The notes under the pieces are model-generated. The model had not been told where the DNA came from and did not search any database. It saw nothing but the letters and a program-made list of their open reading frames with translations. Below, piece after piece: positions 7,677 to 17,929 of a stretch of 64,000 nt of DNA. The stretch comes from Myxococcales bacterium. Lineage in GTDB: Bacteria > Desulfobacterota > Binatia > HRBIN30. Position 1 is the stretch's first letter, and each line of letters opens with the position of its first letter. The DNA lies in contig JBBILD010000005.1 in the NCBI GenBank assembly GCA_037445065.1, positions 32,001-96,000 on the forward strand, written 5' to 3'. The position numbers were made by a program, and so were the translations under genes.

Positions 7677-9452
7677 ATGGATTGGACGCGAAATCAGCTT
7701 GCACAGGTACAGCTTCACGCTCGCCCCGAAAGCAGTGAAACCGAGCAGTTCGCTGTCCAAGAACTCGGCGCCTACCTGCATCGCCTCGCAGGGAGGCCAC
7801 AGCTGGTCCCACTCCCCTTGGAAGCCGACCATCCTGAAATTGTCCTCGGCGCGCCTTCGCAGGCAAGGCTCAGTCCTTGTCCCCAGCAGGGCTTCGCGAT
7901 CGAGATCACGGAAGATACCGTCACACTTCACGGACACACGGCGGCGGACCTCCTGCATGTCGTGTACGCGTTTTTGGAACAACTCGGCTGCCGTTGGTCA
8001 GTGCGCGGCCGTAGTGAAGAATTCGTACCTTCCACCACCGAGCGGTTCTCCCTTCGTTCGCAAACCTGGGGTGCATCGGGCATTCGCTTCGGCTTTTGCA
8101 GCGACTTAATCAGTTGGCATTACACGCAGCCTGCACTCTACGAGGAGCGGATTGGCGAGGACCGCGAACTGGTCGACTGGATGGCGAAAGTCGGGGCCTC
8201 GACGTTGTTTTTCATCCGCCACCCGTTCGACTCTCAAAATACGATTCCTGAACTCGTTCTGGAGTGCGGGCGCCGCGGGATTTCTGTCGAGCACGGCGGC
8301 CATATCGTGCCCTTACTCTTGCCGCGAGAACTCTTTTCGGAACATCCTGAGTATTTTCCTGTAGGGCCTGCTGGGGAACGCACAGGCCTCGGGAACGTCT
8401 GTGCGAGTCAGGCCGGCGCACTGGACACGATCGCCCGTAACGCCGTGGCTTGGGTGAGGGAGCTACCGAAGTCGCGCTTCTTTCACGTGTGGGGCGCTGA
8501 TCTGTGGAAGGGAGGGTGGTGTCACTGCCCCGGTTGCAGCCCGCTTTCGCCCCAAGACCAAAGCCTCAGGGTCTGCAACGCAGTCGCCGTGGCACTCTCA
8601 CGAGCAGGGTACAACGTGCCTGTGTGCTATCTCGCTTACCACGACACCATCGACGCGGAACTTCGGGAAACCCCAGCGGAGAACGTTTGGTGCGAGTTTG
8701 CGCCCCGCGAGCGTTGTTACGCCCACTCGATCGGCGACCCCGAATGCACGCGCAATCAGCGGTACTGGAGAGCTGTGCAAGGGTACGTGCAACAGTTTCG
8801 AGGCAGGGTACGCGTCTTCGAATATTACGGCGATGCCATCTTGTTCTTTGGTTGCGCCGCGCCGATTTCCCAAACGATCGAGGCAGACCTTCGCCAATAT
8901 CGCTCCTTGGGCATTGATGACGTCCTCATGCTTCAGTTCGGGAGCTACAGCCGATGGGCGTACGCGACCAATTTTCTGGCCTTCACCCGCGGGATCCATG
9001 CAGGGTCGCGGTCGAATGACCGGCCCCGGCCGGACTGGCCGGAGGCCGATGCGGAACTCATCGAGGGTTTGTTCCGGCTCGAGCCTCTGATTTGCCCCTT
9101 GCTATGCTACGGCGATGTGCGCTTGGCCCCGCGAGACCCCGAGCTGGCAGCCACGGTCGTACACTTGGTGTCTCGTACCCTTCCTCTCCTTGGTGCCATA
9201 GCCGACGATCTGGAAGCGCGCGGAACAGCCTCGAGCACCGCTCTCGCGCGGCTAGCGCGGTATACACAAACCGTCTTCGCGGGAGTGGAGCATGAAATTC
9301 GCACCGGGAGCCGAGTGCATTCGATTTATGCCGCAGCGCTAGAAACGTTACGAGCCGTGGATCACCGCTGGAAAGGGGTGTGGGGCGAGGTAGATCTGCC
9401 GACAATCCACAGCTTGTACGAGGGAGCGTTGTTAACCCTACCCAACGAATAA
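7677..9452 (+). CDS. DUF4838-like putative glycoside hydrolase
   Basis: N-terminal GH20/GH67-like domain (AVQELGAYL...LLHVVYAFLEQLGCRW), HPEYFP, WCHCPGC, YLAYH and FEYY. Confidence 0.65.
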   Translation: MDWTRNQLAQVQLHARPESSETEQFAVQELGAYLHRLAGRPQLVPLPLEADHPEIVLGAPSQARLSPCPQQGFAIEITEDTVTLHGHTAADLLHVVYAFLEQLGCRWSVRGRSEEFVPSTTERFSLRSQTWGASGIRFGFCSDLISWHYTQPALYEERIGEDRELVDWMAKVGASTLFFIRHPFDSQNTIPELVLECGRRGISVEHGGHIVPLLLPRELFSEHPEYFPVGPAGERTGLGNVCASQAGALDTIARNAVAWVRELPKSRFFHVWGADLWKGGWCHCPGCSPLSPQDQSLRVCNAVAVALSRAGYNVPVCYLAYHDTIDAELRETPAENVWCEFAPRERCYAHSIGDPECTRNQRYWRAVQGYVQQFRGRVRVFEYYGDAILFFGCAAPISQTIEADLRQYRSLGIDDVLMLQFGSYSRWAYATNFLAFTRGIHAGSRSNDRPRPDWPEADAELIEGLFRLEPLICPLLCYGDVRLAPRDPELAATVVHLVSRTLPLLGAIADDLEARGTASSTALARLARYTQTVFAGVEHEIRTGSRVHSIYAAALETLRAVDHRWKGVWGEVDLPTIHSLYEGALLTLPNE

Positions 9453-9478
9453 GACGTTTCTACACACCAGGCCCAATT

Positions 9479-11182
9479 ATGCGCAAGTGGTTGCGGAGAA
9501 CTCTGTTGCTTGCCGCTTTGCTGGCCTTGCTCGGCCTATGGTGGCAAGCTCATCGTGGGCCCGCCATTCCGGCGGGGTCGTTCGTGGTCTTTAAACTGGA
9601 GGGCCGCTACCCGGAGTCGCCGCCGGATGGCTTGCTGCGACGCATTCTGCTGGGGGGCGAGCGAAGCCTGATCGAGCTGCTCATGGATTTGCGCAAGGCC
9701 GCAGCGGATCCGCGCGTACGCGGGATCGTGGTTCGGTTGTCCTCGCTGGAGATCGGGTGGGGAAAAGCAGCGGAGATCCGGCAAGCTCTGCTCGAGTTCC
9801 GCAAAAGCGGGAAGCTGAGCGTGGCCTTCCTCGAGCAAGAACTCACGAGCAGTAACATGACCCACTACATCGCCAGTGCAGCGGACCGAGTTTACGTCAG
9901 CCCAGCGAGTAGTGCTCCCTTGTCCGGACTGGCCGCGCAGTATTTCTTCCTGGGAGGCCTGTGGGAGAAGCTCGACATCGAGCTTACCGTCGAAAAGCGA
10001 GCGGAGTACAAGACCGCGGGGGACGTTCTCGCTGGTCGCGAGATGACCGGCCCGCACCGGGAGATGGCGAACTCGCTGTTGGACAGCCTCACCCAAGAAT
10101 TCTTGCAGGGTATCGCCGTGGCCCGCTCGCTTCCCACCGAGCGACTGCGGTTTCTGGTTGAAGAGGAAGCTCCTTCTTCGTCGGAGGAACTGCTCCGAGC
10201 GGGCCTAGTTGACGGCAGCAAACACTGGGAAGACCTCCGCCAGGAACTCGGGGGGAGCGATGCTCGATTCATCGAAGAAGCAACTTACAGCCACGTTCCT
10301 CCCGAGCGGGTTGGCTTGCAAGAAGGGCCTTCCATCGCGGTCGTTTTTGGCAGCGGTCAAATCGTAGCTGGGGAGAGCCAGAGAGGCCCCGGGGGCGTCC
10401 TGCTTGGTTCTGACACCTTGCGCAAAGCGCTCGAGCAGGCGGCGGAGAGTGCACGAGTCCGCGCAGTCGTGTTGCGGATCGACAGCCCGGGTGGCTCAGC
10501 ACTCGCGTCTGACACGATCTGGCGAGCCGTGCGTGAGGTGAAGAAGCGGAAGCCAGTGGTCGTCTCGATGTCCGATCTAGCGGCTTCGGGCGGGTACTAC
10601 AGTGCAGTGGCGGCGGCGAAAGTGCTCGCCCAACCCACCACCCTTACGGGCTCAATCGGCGTCGTGCTCGCTCGTCCCAACATCCGCGGGTTTTTACAAC
10701 GGCTAGGCATTCAAACAGAGACGTTGACCCGCGGTAAGTTCGCCGCCTTGAATGATATCACCACACCTGTCGACGAAGCAGGCAAAGCACGGCTCGCAGC
10801 GGAGGTCGAGCGAATTTACGACTTGTTTATCCAGCGAGTTTCGGAAGGGCGGGGCCTACCCGTTGGCGAGATACGCGCGGTCGCTCGGGGGCGAGTCTGG
10901 ACCGGACAGCAGGCACTCGAGCGGCGTTTAGTGGACCAGCTCGGCGGGCTGTTCTCGGCGGTAGATGCTGCCAAAGAGCTTGCTGGAATCGAAACTTCCG
11001 CTCCCGTTCGTTTGGAATTCTTCCCTCGGGCAGCAAGCTGGGCAGAGCAGCTCGCGGAAATCTTTTCGAGTAGTGCGGTCGCTTCCTTGCCACGCCAACT
11101 CCGGGAACTGTCGCAGGCATTCCCTGCCAGCGAGGATTCAGGCCCCGCGCTCCTCATGCCCTGGCAGATTCATGTCCGCTAG
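9479..11182 (+). CDS. sppA: Signal peptide peptidase SppA (protease IV, long form)
   Basis: N-terminal TM, YKTAGD, LRIDSPGGS, SMSDLAASGGYY, TLTGSIGV and GRVWTG. Confidence 0.95.
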   Translation: MRKWLRRTLLLAALLALLGLWWQAHRGPAIPAGSFVVFKLEGRYPESPPDGLLRRILLGGERSLIELLMDLRKAAADPRVRGIVVRLSSLEIGWGKAAEIRQALLEFRKSGKLSVAFLEQELTSSNMTHYIASAADRVYVSPASSAPLSGLAAQYFFLGGLWEKLDIELTVEKRAEYKTAGDVLAGREMTGPHREMANSLLDSLTQEFLQGIAVARSLPTERLRFLVEEEAPSSSEELLRAGLVDGSKHWEDLRQELGGSDARFIEEATYSHVPPERVGLQEGPSIAVVFGSGQIVAGESQRGPGGVLLGSDTLRKALEQAAESARVRAVVLRIDSPGGSALASDTIWRAVREVKKRKPVVVSMSDLAASGGYYSAVAAAKVLAQPTTLTGSIGVVLARPNIRGFLQRLGIQTETLTRGKFAALNDITTPVDEAGKARLAAEVERIYDLFIQRVSEGRGLPVGEIRAVARGRVWTGQQALERRLVDQLGGLFSAVDAAKELAGIETSAPVRLEFFPRAASWAEQLAEIFSSSAVASLPRQLRELSQAFPASEDSGPALLMPWQIHVR

Positions 11183-11235
11183 GGCACAAGGCCTGTTGGG
11201 CGCAGCCCTTGGCCGGTAATCCAGTTGCTCACCGC

Positions 11236-12639
11236 ATGAACGCCGACGCCAAGCGCCGCACTTCGCAAACCCCGAGGGACCAGTCCGCCGGCGCCGGAGG
11301 ACTCCAGCTCCCACCGCTTTTCGCGCAGCGCCCGCTGGCCGCAGTCGTGCGCTTAGCCTTGCCAACCACTGTGGTCATGCTCGTAGCGGCTGCGTCGAAT
11401 ATTCTGTTCACGTACTACGTCAGCCGGCTCGGACCAGAGGCCATTGCGGCGGTTTCCCTGGTGTTTCCGCTTTCTCTCATCGCATTAACGTCGCTTGGGG
11501 GAGGGGTGGGCACAGGGACGGCTTCGGCTGTGGCCCGCTCCATCGGGGCCGGGCAGCTTCACGAGGCAGCCCTCACCGCAATCCATGCGACAGCTTTGTC
11601 GTTGTTCCTCGGACTCGGCTTTGCGGTACTGGTGTACGCGTCGGCAAACCAACTGTTCGCTCTGCTAGGTGGCCGGGGTGTTGTCCTGGAACAAGCGGTC
11701 CTGTTTGCGCGCTGGCTCTTTGCGGGTTCTGCGGTGGGCTTTGCTACCCAGGTCATCGACAGCGTTTTCCGCGCGCAGGCGAATGTTCGTACGCCGGCCC
11801 TGTGGTCTACGGTTTCGCTGGGATTGCAGGCCGCACTGACGCCTGTGTTTCTATTTGCATTCCGCCTAGGGCTTCCCGGCGCGGCCTTAGGCATGATCGC
11901 TGCGCAGGGCTTGACCCTGCTGCCGCGTATCGTGCACTTTACCCGTGGCCCCGGGCCCCTGTGCGTGGCCACGGTGCGGCTGCGCTGGTCGTACCGCTAT
12001 GTGCGCGAAATCTTACGCGGGGGGCTGCCGGCCTCGCTTTCCACCACGATCCACTACACCGGTTTCATGGTGCTGACCGGCGTGGTGGCCCGCTTCGGAG
12101 ACGCGTCCCTGGCAGCATACGGGCTGGCCACTCGCTTGGACTTTCTCCTCGTCTCCGTTGCCTTTGGTTTCGCTTCTGGGGTGCTGACGCTTGTTGGATT
12201 CGTCACCGGGGCCGGCCAAGCCAGTCGCGCTTGGCTGTATGTGCGCAGTGCCGGCCTCTGCGTCGGAGTCGTGTTTGCCGGGCTCGGTACGCTGCTGTTC
12301 CTGTGGCCCGACCTTTGGTTCGGGCTGTTCACTCGCGAGGCAAAGATCCTGGACACCGGTGCGCTGTATTTACGCTGGGTGGCGCCCTCTTATCCGTTTG
12401 TCGGTGCCAGCATGATTCTTGCGTTTGCGTTTCAGGGGCTCGGGAGGGCTAGCGTGCCAATGCTGTGGAACCTAGCACGAGCTAGCAGCGTGGTTTTCAT
12501 TACATCGCTCGGGGTCCGTTACTTACAGTGGAGCGAGAACGGCGTGTTCGCAGCCATCGCGGTCGCGAACACACTTTCGGCACTCGCGCTCGCATGTTTG
12601 TTTCGGATCGTTCTGCGCGCCTACCAGCCGAGCCGATGA
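11236..12639 (+). CDS. MATE family efflux transporter
   Basis: About 12 TM segments in two repeats; RLALP, LGPEAIAAVSLVFP and FGDASLAAYG. Confidence 0.9.
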   Translation: MNADAKRRTSQTPRDQSAGAGGLQLPPLFAQRPLAAVVRLALPTTVVMLVAAASNILFTYYVSRLGPEAIAAVSLVFPLSLIALTSLGGGVGTGTASAVARSIGAGQLHEAALTAIHATALSLFLGLGFAVLVYASANQLFALLGGRGVVLEQAVLFARWLFAGSAVGFATQVIDSVFRAQANVRTPALWSTVSLGLQAALTPVFLFAFRLGLPGAALGMIAAQGLTLLPRIVHFTRGPGPLCVATVRLRWSYRYVREILRGGLPASLSTTIHYTGFMVLTGVVARFGDASLAAYGLATRLDFLLVSVAFGFASGVLTLVGFVTGAGQASRAWLYVRSAGLCVGVVFAGLGTLLFLWPDLWFGLFTREAKILDTGALYLRWVAPSYPFVGASMILAFAFQGLGRASVPMLWNLARASSVVFITSLGVRYLQWSENGVFAAIAVANTLSALALACLFRIVLRAYQPSR

Positions 12640-12663
12640 GAACGGGCCGCTGGACACAAAAAA

Positions 12664-13743
12664 TCAGAGATAGTTCTGGGTGAGCAGATACTCAGCAACC
12701 AGCACCGCGCCTTTGGCCGCTCCCATCTTGGTATTGTGCGAAAGGAGCACGTACTTGATCCCGCGACCAAAAACCGCATCCGGCCTGAGACGCCCCACGT
12801 GAGTCGTCATTCCTCCGTCCGCCTCGCGGTCGAGCCGCGGTTGGGGCCGGAACGGATCCGTATGTACGGTGATCATTCGGCGTGGTGCGGAGGGCAGATC
12901 CAACTCCAGGAATTCCTTCCCGAATTCTTGAAATGCAGCGGCGGCTGCTTGCACAGTGCATTCCTCGCGGGTCCCAACCAGCACGGACTCCGTGTGTCCT
13001 TCGAGCACCGCGGCCCGGGTGCACGTGGCACTCATGGTCACGTCCGCGAGAGCGATGGCGTCGGCGTGCAGGCCGCCCAGGATTTTGGCTGTTTCCCGGA
13101 CGACCTTTTCTTCCTCTCCAGAAATAAACGGGATCAGGTTGTCGAGAATGTCCAACGCCAGCACCCCGGGGGAGCGACCGGCTCCGGAAATGCCTTGCAT
13201 GGAGGTCATCACCACGCGTTCCACGCCGAACCGGTCGAACAGCGGTTTCAACGTGATCACGAGCCCGGTGGTGGTGCAGTTGGGCAGTGGGGTGATGTAA
13301 CCTTTCCACCCGCGGCGCTGCCGCTGCACATCCAGCAGGCGCACATGCTGCAAGTTCACCGCGGGAACCAAAATCGGCACGTCCGGCTCATAACGGAAGG
13401 CAGAGGCCAAACTAATCACCGGCGTGGTGCGGGCGTACAGCGGCTCGATCTCGCGTGCGACGTCCGACTCCACGCAACTGAATATGGCGTCAATGCCGGA
13501 TACGTTCAGCTCCAGCGCATTGTGGACGGGTAGCCGCAGCACATGATCCGCCGGCTCTTCCGGACACCACCAGCGCCGGGCCCCGTTTTGCGGATCACGG
13601 ATCGCCTCCCCGTACGTCTTACCCGCCGAGCGCTCCGAAGCCGCCAACAGGACAATTTCGAACCACGGGTGGTTTTGCAACGCGACAACAGCTTGCTGCC
13701 CAGTGATCCCAGTCGCTCCTACAATGGCCACGCGCCGCTTCAT
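12664..13743 (-). CDS. asd: Aspartate-semialdehyde dehydrogenase (archaeal/fungal-like subtype)
   Basis: GATGITGQ, HPWF, ASERSAGKTY, PNCTT (catalytic Cys), QGISGAG, RPQPRLDR and HNTKMGAA. Confidence 0.9.
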   Translation of the reverse strand: MKRRVAIVGATGITGQQAVVALQNHPWFEIVLLAASERSAGKTYGEAIRDPQNGARRWWCPEEPADHVLRLPVHNALELNVSGIDAIFSCVESDVAREIEPLYARTTPVISLASAFRYEPDVPILVPAVNLQHVRLLDVQRQRRGWKGYITPLPNCTTTGLVITLKPLFDRFGVERVVMTSMQGISGAGRSPGVLALDILDNLIPFISGEEEKVVRETAKILGGLHADAIALADVTMSATCTRAAVLEGHTESVLVGTREECTVQAAAAAFQEFGKEFLELDLPSAPRRMITVHTDPFRPQPRLDREADGGMTTHVGRLRPDAVFGRGIKYVLLSHNTKMGAAKGAVLVAEYLLTQNYL

Positions 13744-13866
13744 TTTGCATCGCCTCGCTTGCACCGAGAGTCGATCAAGGTGCTAGGCAACGCAGACGCA
13801 TCCTGCAATCCGCGGCGGTTTCCAACATTGTTGACTGCATCCACGTTCATTAAGCATGGCGCGGCC

Positions 13867-14814
13867 ATGATCGAGGCAGAGGGTCTCACGAAGCGCTTCG
13901 GCACGTTCACCGCCATCGAGGGCGTAACTTTCCATGTCGAGGCGGGGGAAATCGTTGGCTTTCTTGGCCCGAACGGTGCGGGCAAGAGTACAACAATGAG
14001 GATCTTGGGGGGGGTCTTCCCTCCCACAGTTGGACGCGCATCTGTGGCCGGGCACGACGTGGTGCGCGACTCTCTGCGCGCTCGCCGCGCCCTCGGATAC
14101 TTCCCGGAGCGAGTGTCCCTGTACACAGACATGACGGTTTCGGAGTTTCTGGAATACTCGGCCGCAATCAAGCGAGTCCCACCTGCGCAGCGGGCCCGTG
14201 AACTCGGCCGGGTCATGGAACGATGCGGGGTGCAGCACATGGCCCATCGTCTCATCGGTACCCTCTCCAAAGGTTATCGGCAGCGGGTCGGGATTGCGCA
14301 GGCATTACTCGGGCAGCCGCCAGTACTGATCCTGGACGAGCCGACGGCCGGGCTCGACCCGGAGCAGGTCTCGGAGGTGCGCCAACTGATCCGCGAACTC
14401 AAGGGGCACAGCACCGTGATCTTATCCACTCATATCTTGCCGGAGGTGGAGGCCACGTGCGACCGCGTCATGATTATTAACAAGGGTCGAATCCTGGCGG
14501 TGGACACGCCCCGGAGGCTCAGCCAGCGGCTACAGCGGCTCTCCGAAATCCATGTCGAGGTGCGCGGTGCGGATGCAGCCGCCGCACGGTCGGCGTTGGG
14601 GTTGCTAGCCGGCGTGCTGTCGGTTGAGGTTTTGCACAACGACCGTGGCAACGTGACTCTGCGCGTGCACACTGAGCCGGATCGCGACTTGCGCGACCGG
14701 GTGGCCGAGGCGGTAATGAGTCGGGGCTGGCGGTTGCTCGAGTTGCGCCCCATCCAACTCTCGCTCGAGGAAATCTTTCTCAAGCTGGTCCACGAGGAGA
14801 GGGTCTCCGCATGA
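13867..14814 (+). CDS. ABC transporter ATP-binding protein (GldA-like)
   Basis: Walker A GPNGAGKST, LSKGYRQR, ILDEPT and H-loop STHIL. Confidence 0.93.
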   Translation: MIEAEGLTKRFGTFTAIEGVTFHVEAGEIVGFLGPNGAGKSTTMRILGGVFPPTVGRASVAGHDVVRDSLRARRALGYFPERVSLYTDMTVSEFLEYSAAIKRVPPAQRARELGRVMERCGVQHMAHRLIGTLSKGYRQRVGIAQALLGQPPVLILDEPTAGLDPEQVSEVRQLIRELKGHSTVILSTHILPEVEATCDRVMIINKGRILAVDTPRRLSQRLQRLSEIHVEVRGADAAAARSALGLLAGVLSVEVLHNDRGNVTLRVHTEPDRDLRDRVAEAVMSRGWRLLELRPIQLSLEEIFLKLVHEERVSA

Positions 14815-15563
14815 GTGCGGCATGGATTATTTGCAAACGTGAACTGCGCTCCTACTTTGGTTCCTACGTGGCGTATGTGCTCACTGGGCTCTTTCTGCTG
14901 TTAACCGGTGGTTTTTTCTACAGTTGGCTGCGGTACTTCATCTTGTTCGGCGGGTACGTCCTGCCCAGTGGCCTGTGGCAGCAGGTGTTCCTCGACATGC
15001 GCTACTGCACGATGATTGTTCTGCCCCTCGTGACGATGCGCCTGTTCGCGGAGGAGAAAAAGCTGGGTACGATCGAATTGCTGTGGACCTACCCATTACG
15101 GGATGGCGAGATTGTCTTAGGAAAGTTTCTTGGCGCCTGGATCTTCTACCTGTATATGCTTGTGCCAACGGTGGTGGGTCCACTGGTCTTTTACCAGTTC
15201 TACGCGTTCGATTTGAGCCCGTTTCTTTGTGGATACCTCGGGGTGCTGCTGCTGGGAACGGCTTTCCTGGCGTGCGGGATGTTCGTCTCCTCTCTTACGG
15301 AGAATCAGGTTGTTGCAGCAATGGGAACTTACGGGATCATCATTACCTTCTGGTACCTCACTTGGAACGAAGCCGTAGCCAGCATGGGTGTGATCGAGGT
15401 ACTGCTCAAGGTATCCCTGTTCGACCGCTTTCTGAACTTTGCACGTGGGGTTATCGACACCCAAGACATCATCTTCTTCGTCCTCTTCATCGCATTTTTC
15501 GTGTTCCTCACGCTTGAATCACTCGCCGCCCGCAAGTGGCGCGGAGTCGGATCGGCTTCCTGA
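14811..15563 (+). CDS. ABC-2 type permease (GldF-like)
   Basis: KRELRSYF, TMRLFAEEKKLGTIELL and VLGKFLG; 6 TM segments. Confidence 0.9.
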   Translation: MSAAWIICKRELRSYFGSYVAYVLTGLFLLLTGGFFYSWLRYFILFGGYVLPSGLWQQVFLDMRYCTMIVLPLVTMRLFAEEKKLGTIELLWTYPLRDGEIVLGKFLGAWIFYLYMLVPTVVGPLVFYQFYAFDLSPFLCGYLGVLLLGTAFLACGMFVSSLTENQVVAAMGTYGIIITFWYLTWNEAVASMGVIEVLLKVSLFDRFLNFARGVIDTQDIIFFVLFIAFFVFLTLESLAARKWRGVGSAS

Positions 15564-16945
15564 TGCGCTTTCGCAACCAAACGGTCTTGCACGTTGCCCA
15601 TTTGGTTCTGCAGATCGCCGTCGTTGGCACGACGTGCGGGTTCGCGTTGCTGCTTGCCGAACGTCACAACCGTCGTTTCGACCTGAGCCCGACCCAACGG
15701 TTCGTTCTCTCGGAGGCGGGCCGCAAAATCGCCCAGCAAATCGACCGCCCTGCGCAAATCATCGCGTTCTATACCCCGGACGAACCCGGGCAGCGGCGGG
15801 AGTTGTTCGACACGCTTGAGCTGTTCGCACGTGCGAATCCGTTGATTCGTTATCGCCTCGTAGACCTGAACCGTTCGCCGGCGCTTGCCCAGAATTACGG
15901 AATCTCGAACGCTGGTTCCGGAGTGCTTGAGCTGGACGGGCAGAGGGAAGTGATCCGCTTCCTCGACGAGGAAGGAATCGCCACCGCAATTTTGCGCCTG
16001 ACCCGACGAGGAGAGCGAACCGTCTGCTTTGTAACCGGCCATGGAGAACACTCCCCCTTCGACAATGATGAGCGACGCGGTTACTCGGAAGTGGGCAAGG
16101 CACTCGAGCGCGAGACCTTCCAGATCGAGGAACTCGAGTTCTTGCCGGCTGGGAGGATTGCCGAGCGGTGCCGGGTCGTGATCCTCGCCGGACCGACCCG
16201 ACAGTTTCTGCCTGGAGAGCTGGAATCGCTGCGCAGCTATTTAGCACAGGGAGGACAGGTCCTGCTGCTGGTCGACTCCGGAGCTCCGAATGACCTCCTG
16301 GCCTGGCTGGAACAGCAAGGGGCACGGGCCGGTCGAGACGTGGTACTGGACGAGCGCAATCGCCTGATCGGCATGGATCCTTCCGTGCTGACTGTTCCGG
16401 CGTTCAACAAGTCGGTGTTGCGAACCGATCTCGAGCCGGCCGTCTTCCCTGTCGCTCGGAGCATCGTCCCGACCGAGGAAGGGGACCGCTCGGGGCGTGT
16501 TCGTGTTTTGGCCCTGAGTAGCCCCGACAGTTGGGCTTACGTGGAAGATGGCCAGCTCCCAAACCGCGATGTGCGTTTTCGCCGTGGCAAGGACCAGCCG
16601 GGCCCGCTTCCGGTGGGGGTAGACATCGAATTTCCGGTCGCTAGCGGCGACCAGGTAGCCGGCCGGCTGATTGTTTTCGGGGATGCGGACTTTGCAACGA
16701 ACCTATCTTTGAACTGGCGCGGGAATAAGGACCTGTTCTTGAGCAGCGTTGGCCTTTTGGCCGAAGACCCGACGCTGGTGGCGGTCAGGAAAAAAGGCAT
16801 GCCGCGTGGCTCTGTGTCACCCATTTATCTCACAGAACGCCAGGATGCGCTCGTCTTCTGGACCGCTGTCGTGGTCGTTCCATCGCTGGTGGTACTGTTC
16901 GGCATCGTCGTGGCAACAACGCGCAGGCGGCGTGGATCGCGCTGA
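15563..16945 (+). CDS. GldG-like ABC transporter auxiliary component
   Basis: N- and C-terminal TM anchors, RFDLS, FVTGHGEH, GRLIVFGDADF and NKDLF. Confidence 0.88.
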   Translation: MRFRNQTVLHVAHLVLQIAVVGTTCGFALLLAERHNRRFDLSPTQRFVLSEAGRKIAQQIDRPAQIIAFYTPDEPGQRRELFDTLELFARANPLIRYRLVDLNRSPALAQNYGISNAGSGVLELDGQREVIRFLDEEGIATAILRLTRRGERTVCFVTGHGEHSPFDNDERRGYSEVGKALERETFQIEELEFLPAGRIAERCRVVILAGPTRQFLPGELESLRSYLAQGGQVLLLVDSGAPNDLLAWLEQQGARAGRDVVLDERNRLIGMDPSVLTVPAFNKSVLRTDLEPAVFPVARSIVPTEEGDRSGRVRVLALSSPDSWAYVEDGQLPNRDVRFRRGKDQPGPLPVGVDIEFPVASGDQVAGRLIVFGDADFATNLSLNWRGNKDLFLSSVGLLAEDPTLVAVRKKGMPRGSVSPIYLTERQDALVFWTAVVVVPSLVVLFGIVVATTRRRRGSR

Positions 16946-16957
16946 AAGACGCGGATC

Positions 16958-17539
16958 ATGAGCGGCAGATTTACGATCGTGGCTACCGCCATTCTCGTAC
17001 TCACGGCGGTTGTCTATTTCCTCGACCGTACGCCTGAACCGCCGCCGCGGCGTGTGGGTCTGCCGGGAGCCAGCACCCCCCGCCCCACCCTCCCTCCAGT
17101 CACGCCCATCGTGGGCATTAAGGCGGAGCGGTTCCGCAAACTGGTCTTGCGCATTGGCCCAGAAACGCGCGTGACGGAGCGCACGGGCAATGGGTGGTCT
17201 CACACGGACAGAAGCAGCCTCGTGGAGGATTTCGTGGCCGATTTAACCAGTTTGGGGGTGCTGGACCGGATCGCGGTCGAGAACGCTGATGCGCTGCAGG
17301 AGTACGGGCTACTCCCTCCCCAAGCAGTGTTAGAAATCCATACGCTCGACTCCGAGCGGCCGATCGAGGTCTATTTCGGCAATCTCAATCCGCCGGGAAC
17401 GAACCTGTACCTACGTGTTCCTCCGAGCCAGGACGTCCTCCTGGGTGGGGCACTCTTGAAATGGAGTCTAGAACGCACTTTTCAGGTTCTCCACAGCTCA
17501 GAGCCCAGCCCTGCGCCTATCCAGCGCACGAATTCCTGA
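16958..17539 (+). CDS. DUF4340-like periplasmic protein
   Basis: N-terminal TM, LQEYGLLPP and FGNLNP...YLR; it is the usual last gene of GldAFG-like operons. Confidence 0.7.
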   Translation: MSGRFTIVATAILVLTAVVYFLDRTPEPPPRRVGLPGASTPRPTLPPVTPIVGIKAERFRKLVLRIGPETRVTERTGNGWSHTDRSSLVEDFVADLTSLGVLDRIAVENADALQEYGLLPPQAVLEIHTLDSERPIEVYFGNLNPPGTNLYLRVPPSQDVLLGGALLKWSLERTFQVLHSSEPSPAPIQRTNS

Positions 17540-17616
17540 GGCGCTGAGGGTCACCCTCTCCCGCGGGCCAAAGATCTCCTCGGTCCCCACCTTCCACAGT
17601 TGCGGAAAACGAACAC

Positions 17617-17645
17617 TTGCGTCATAGACTCATTGAATCCATAAT
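17617..17645 (+). promoter_or_regulatory. Putative sigma70 promoter
   Basis: TTGCGT (17617-17622), 17 nt, CATAAT (17640-17645). Confidence 0.55.
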
Positions 17646-17671
17646 TGGTCGCACGCAACGGAGTCTCACCC

Positions 17672-17929
17672 GTGAAAGGCAAACCTACGATCAAATCTCT
17701 ACGAAAAGTCTACATCGATGTCGGGGGGCAACGCGTGGTCGCTTGGGAACCAAAGGATCCAGATCTTCGCTCCTTGGGTCGTTGGACTGACGCGCAAGCG
17801 CTCCTGCGCCGAATTGATGAGCTCGACAATCCCACTGCCGACGCCGCGGGCCCTGCCCGGCAGTGGCAGCAAGCGTGGCGTGGCCGCATCGCTGTAGCGG
17901 GCAAGGCAAAATCCAAGCGAGCGGCGTAA
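17672..17929 (+). CDS. Small hypothetical protein (85 aa, basic termini)
   Basis: GGAG RBS at 17660-17663, GTG start and its own promoter-like element. It fills otherwise empty intergenic space. Confidence 0.55.
   Translation: MKGKPTIKSLRKVYIDVGGQRVVAWEPKDPDLRSLGRWTDAQALLRRIDELDNPTADAAGPARQWQQAWRGRIAVAGKAKSKRAA

Noticed and set aside
13867..17539. Gliding motility locus
   Set aside because: GldA/F/G-like ABC systems are widespread in non-gliding bacteria, and no other motility genes are in the window.
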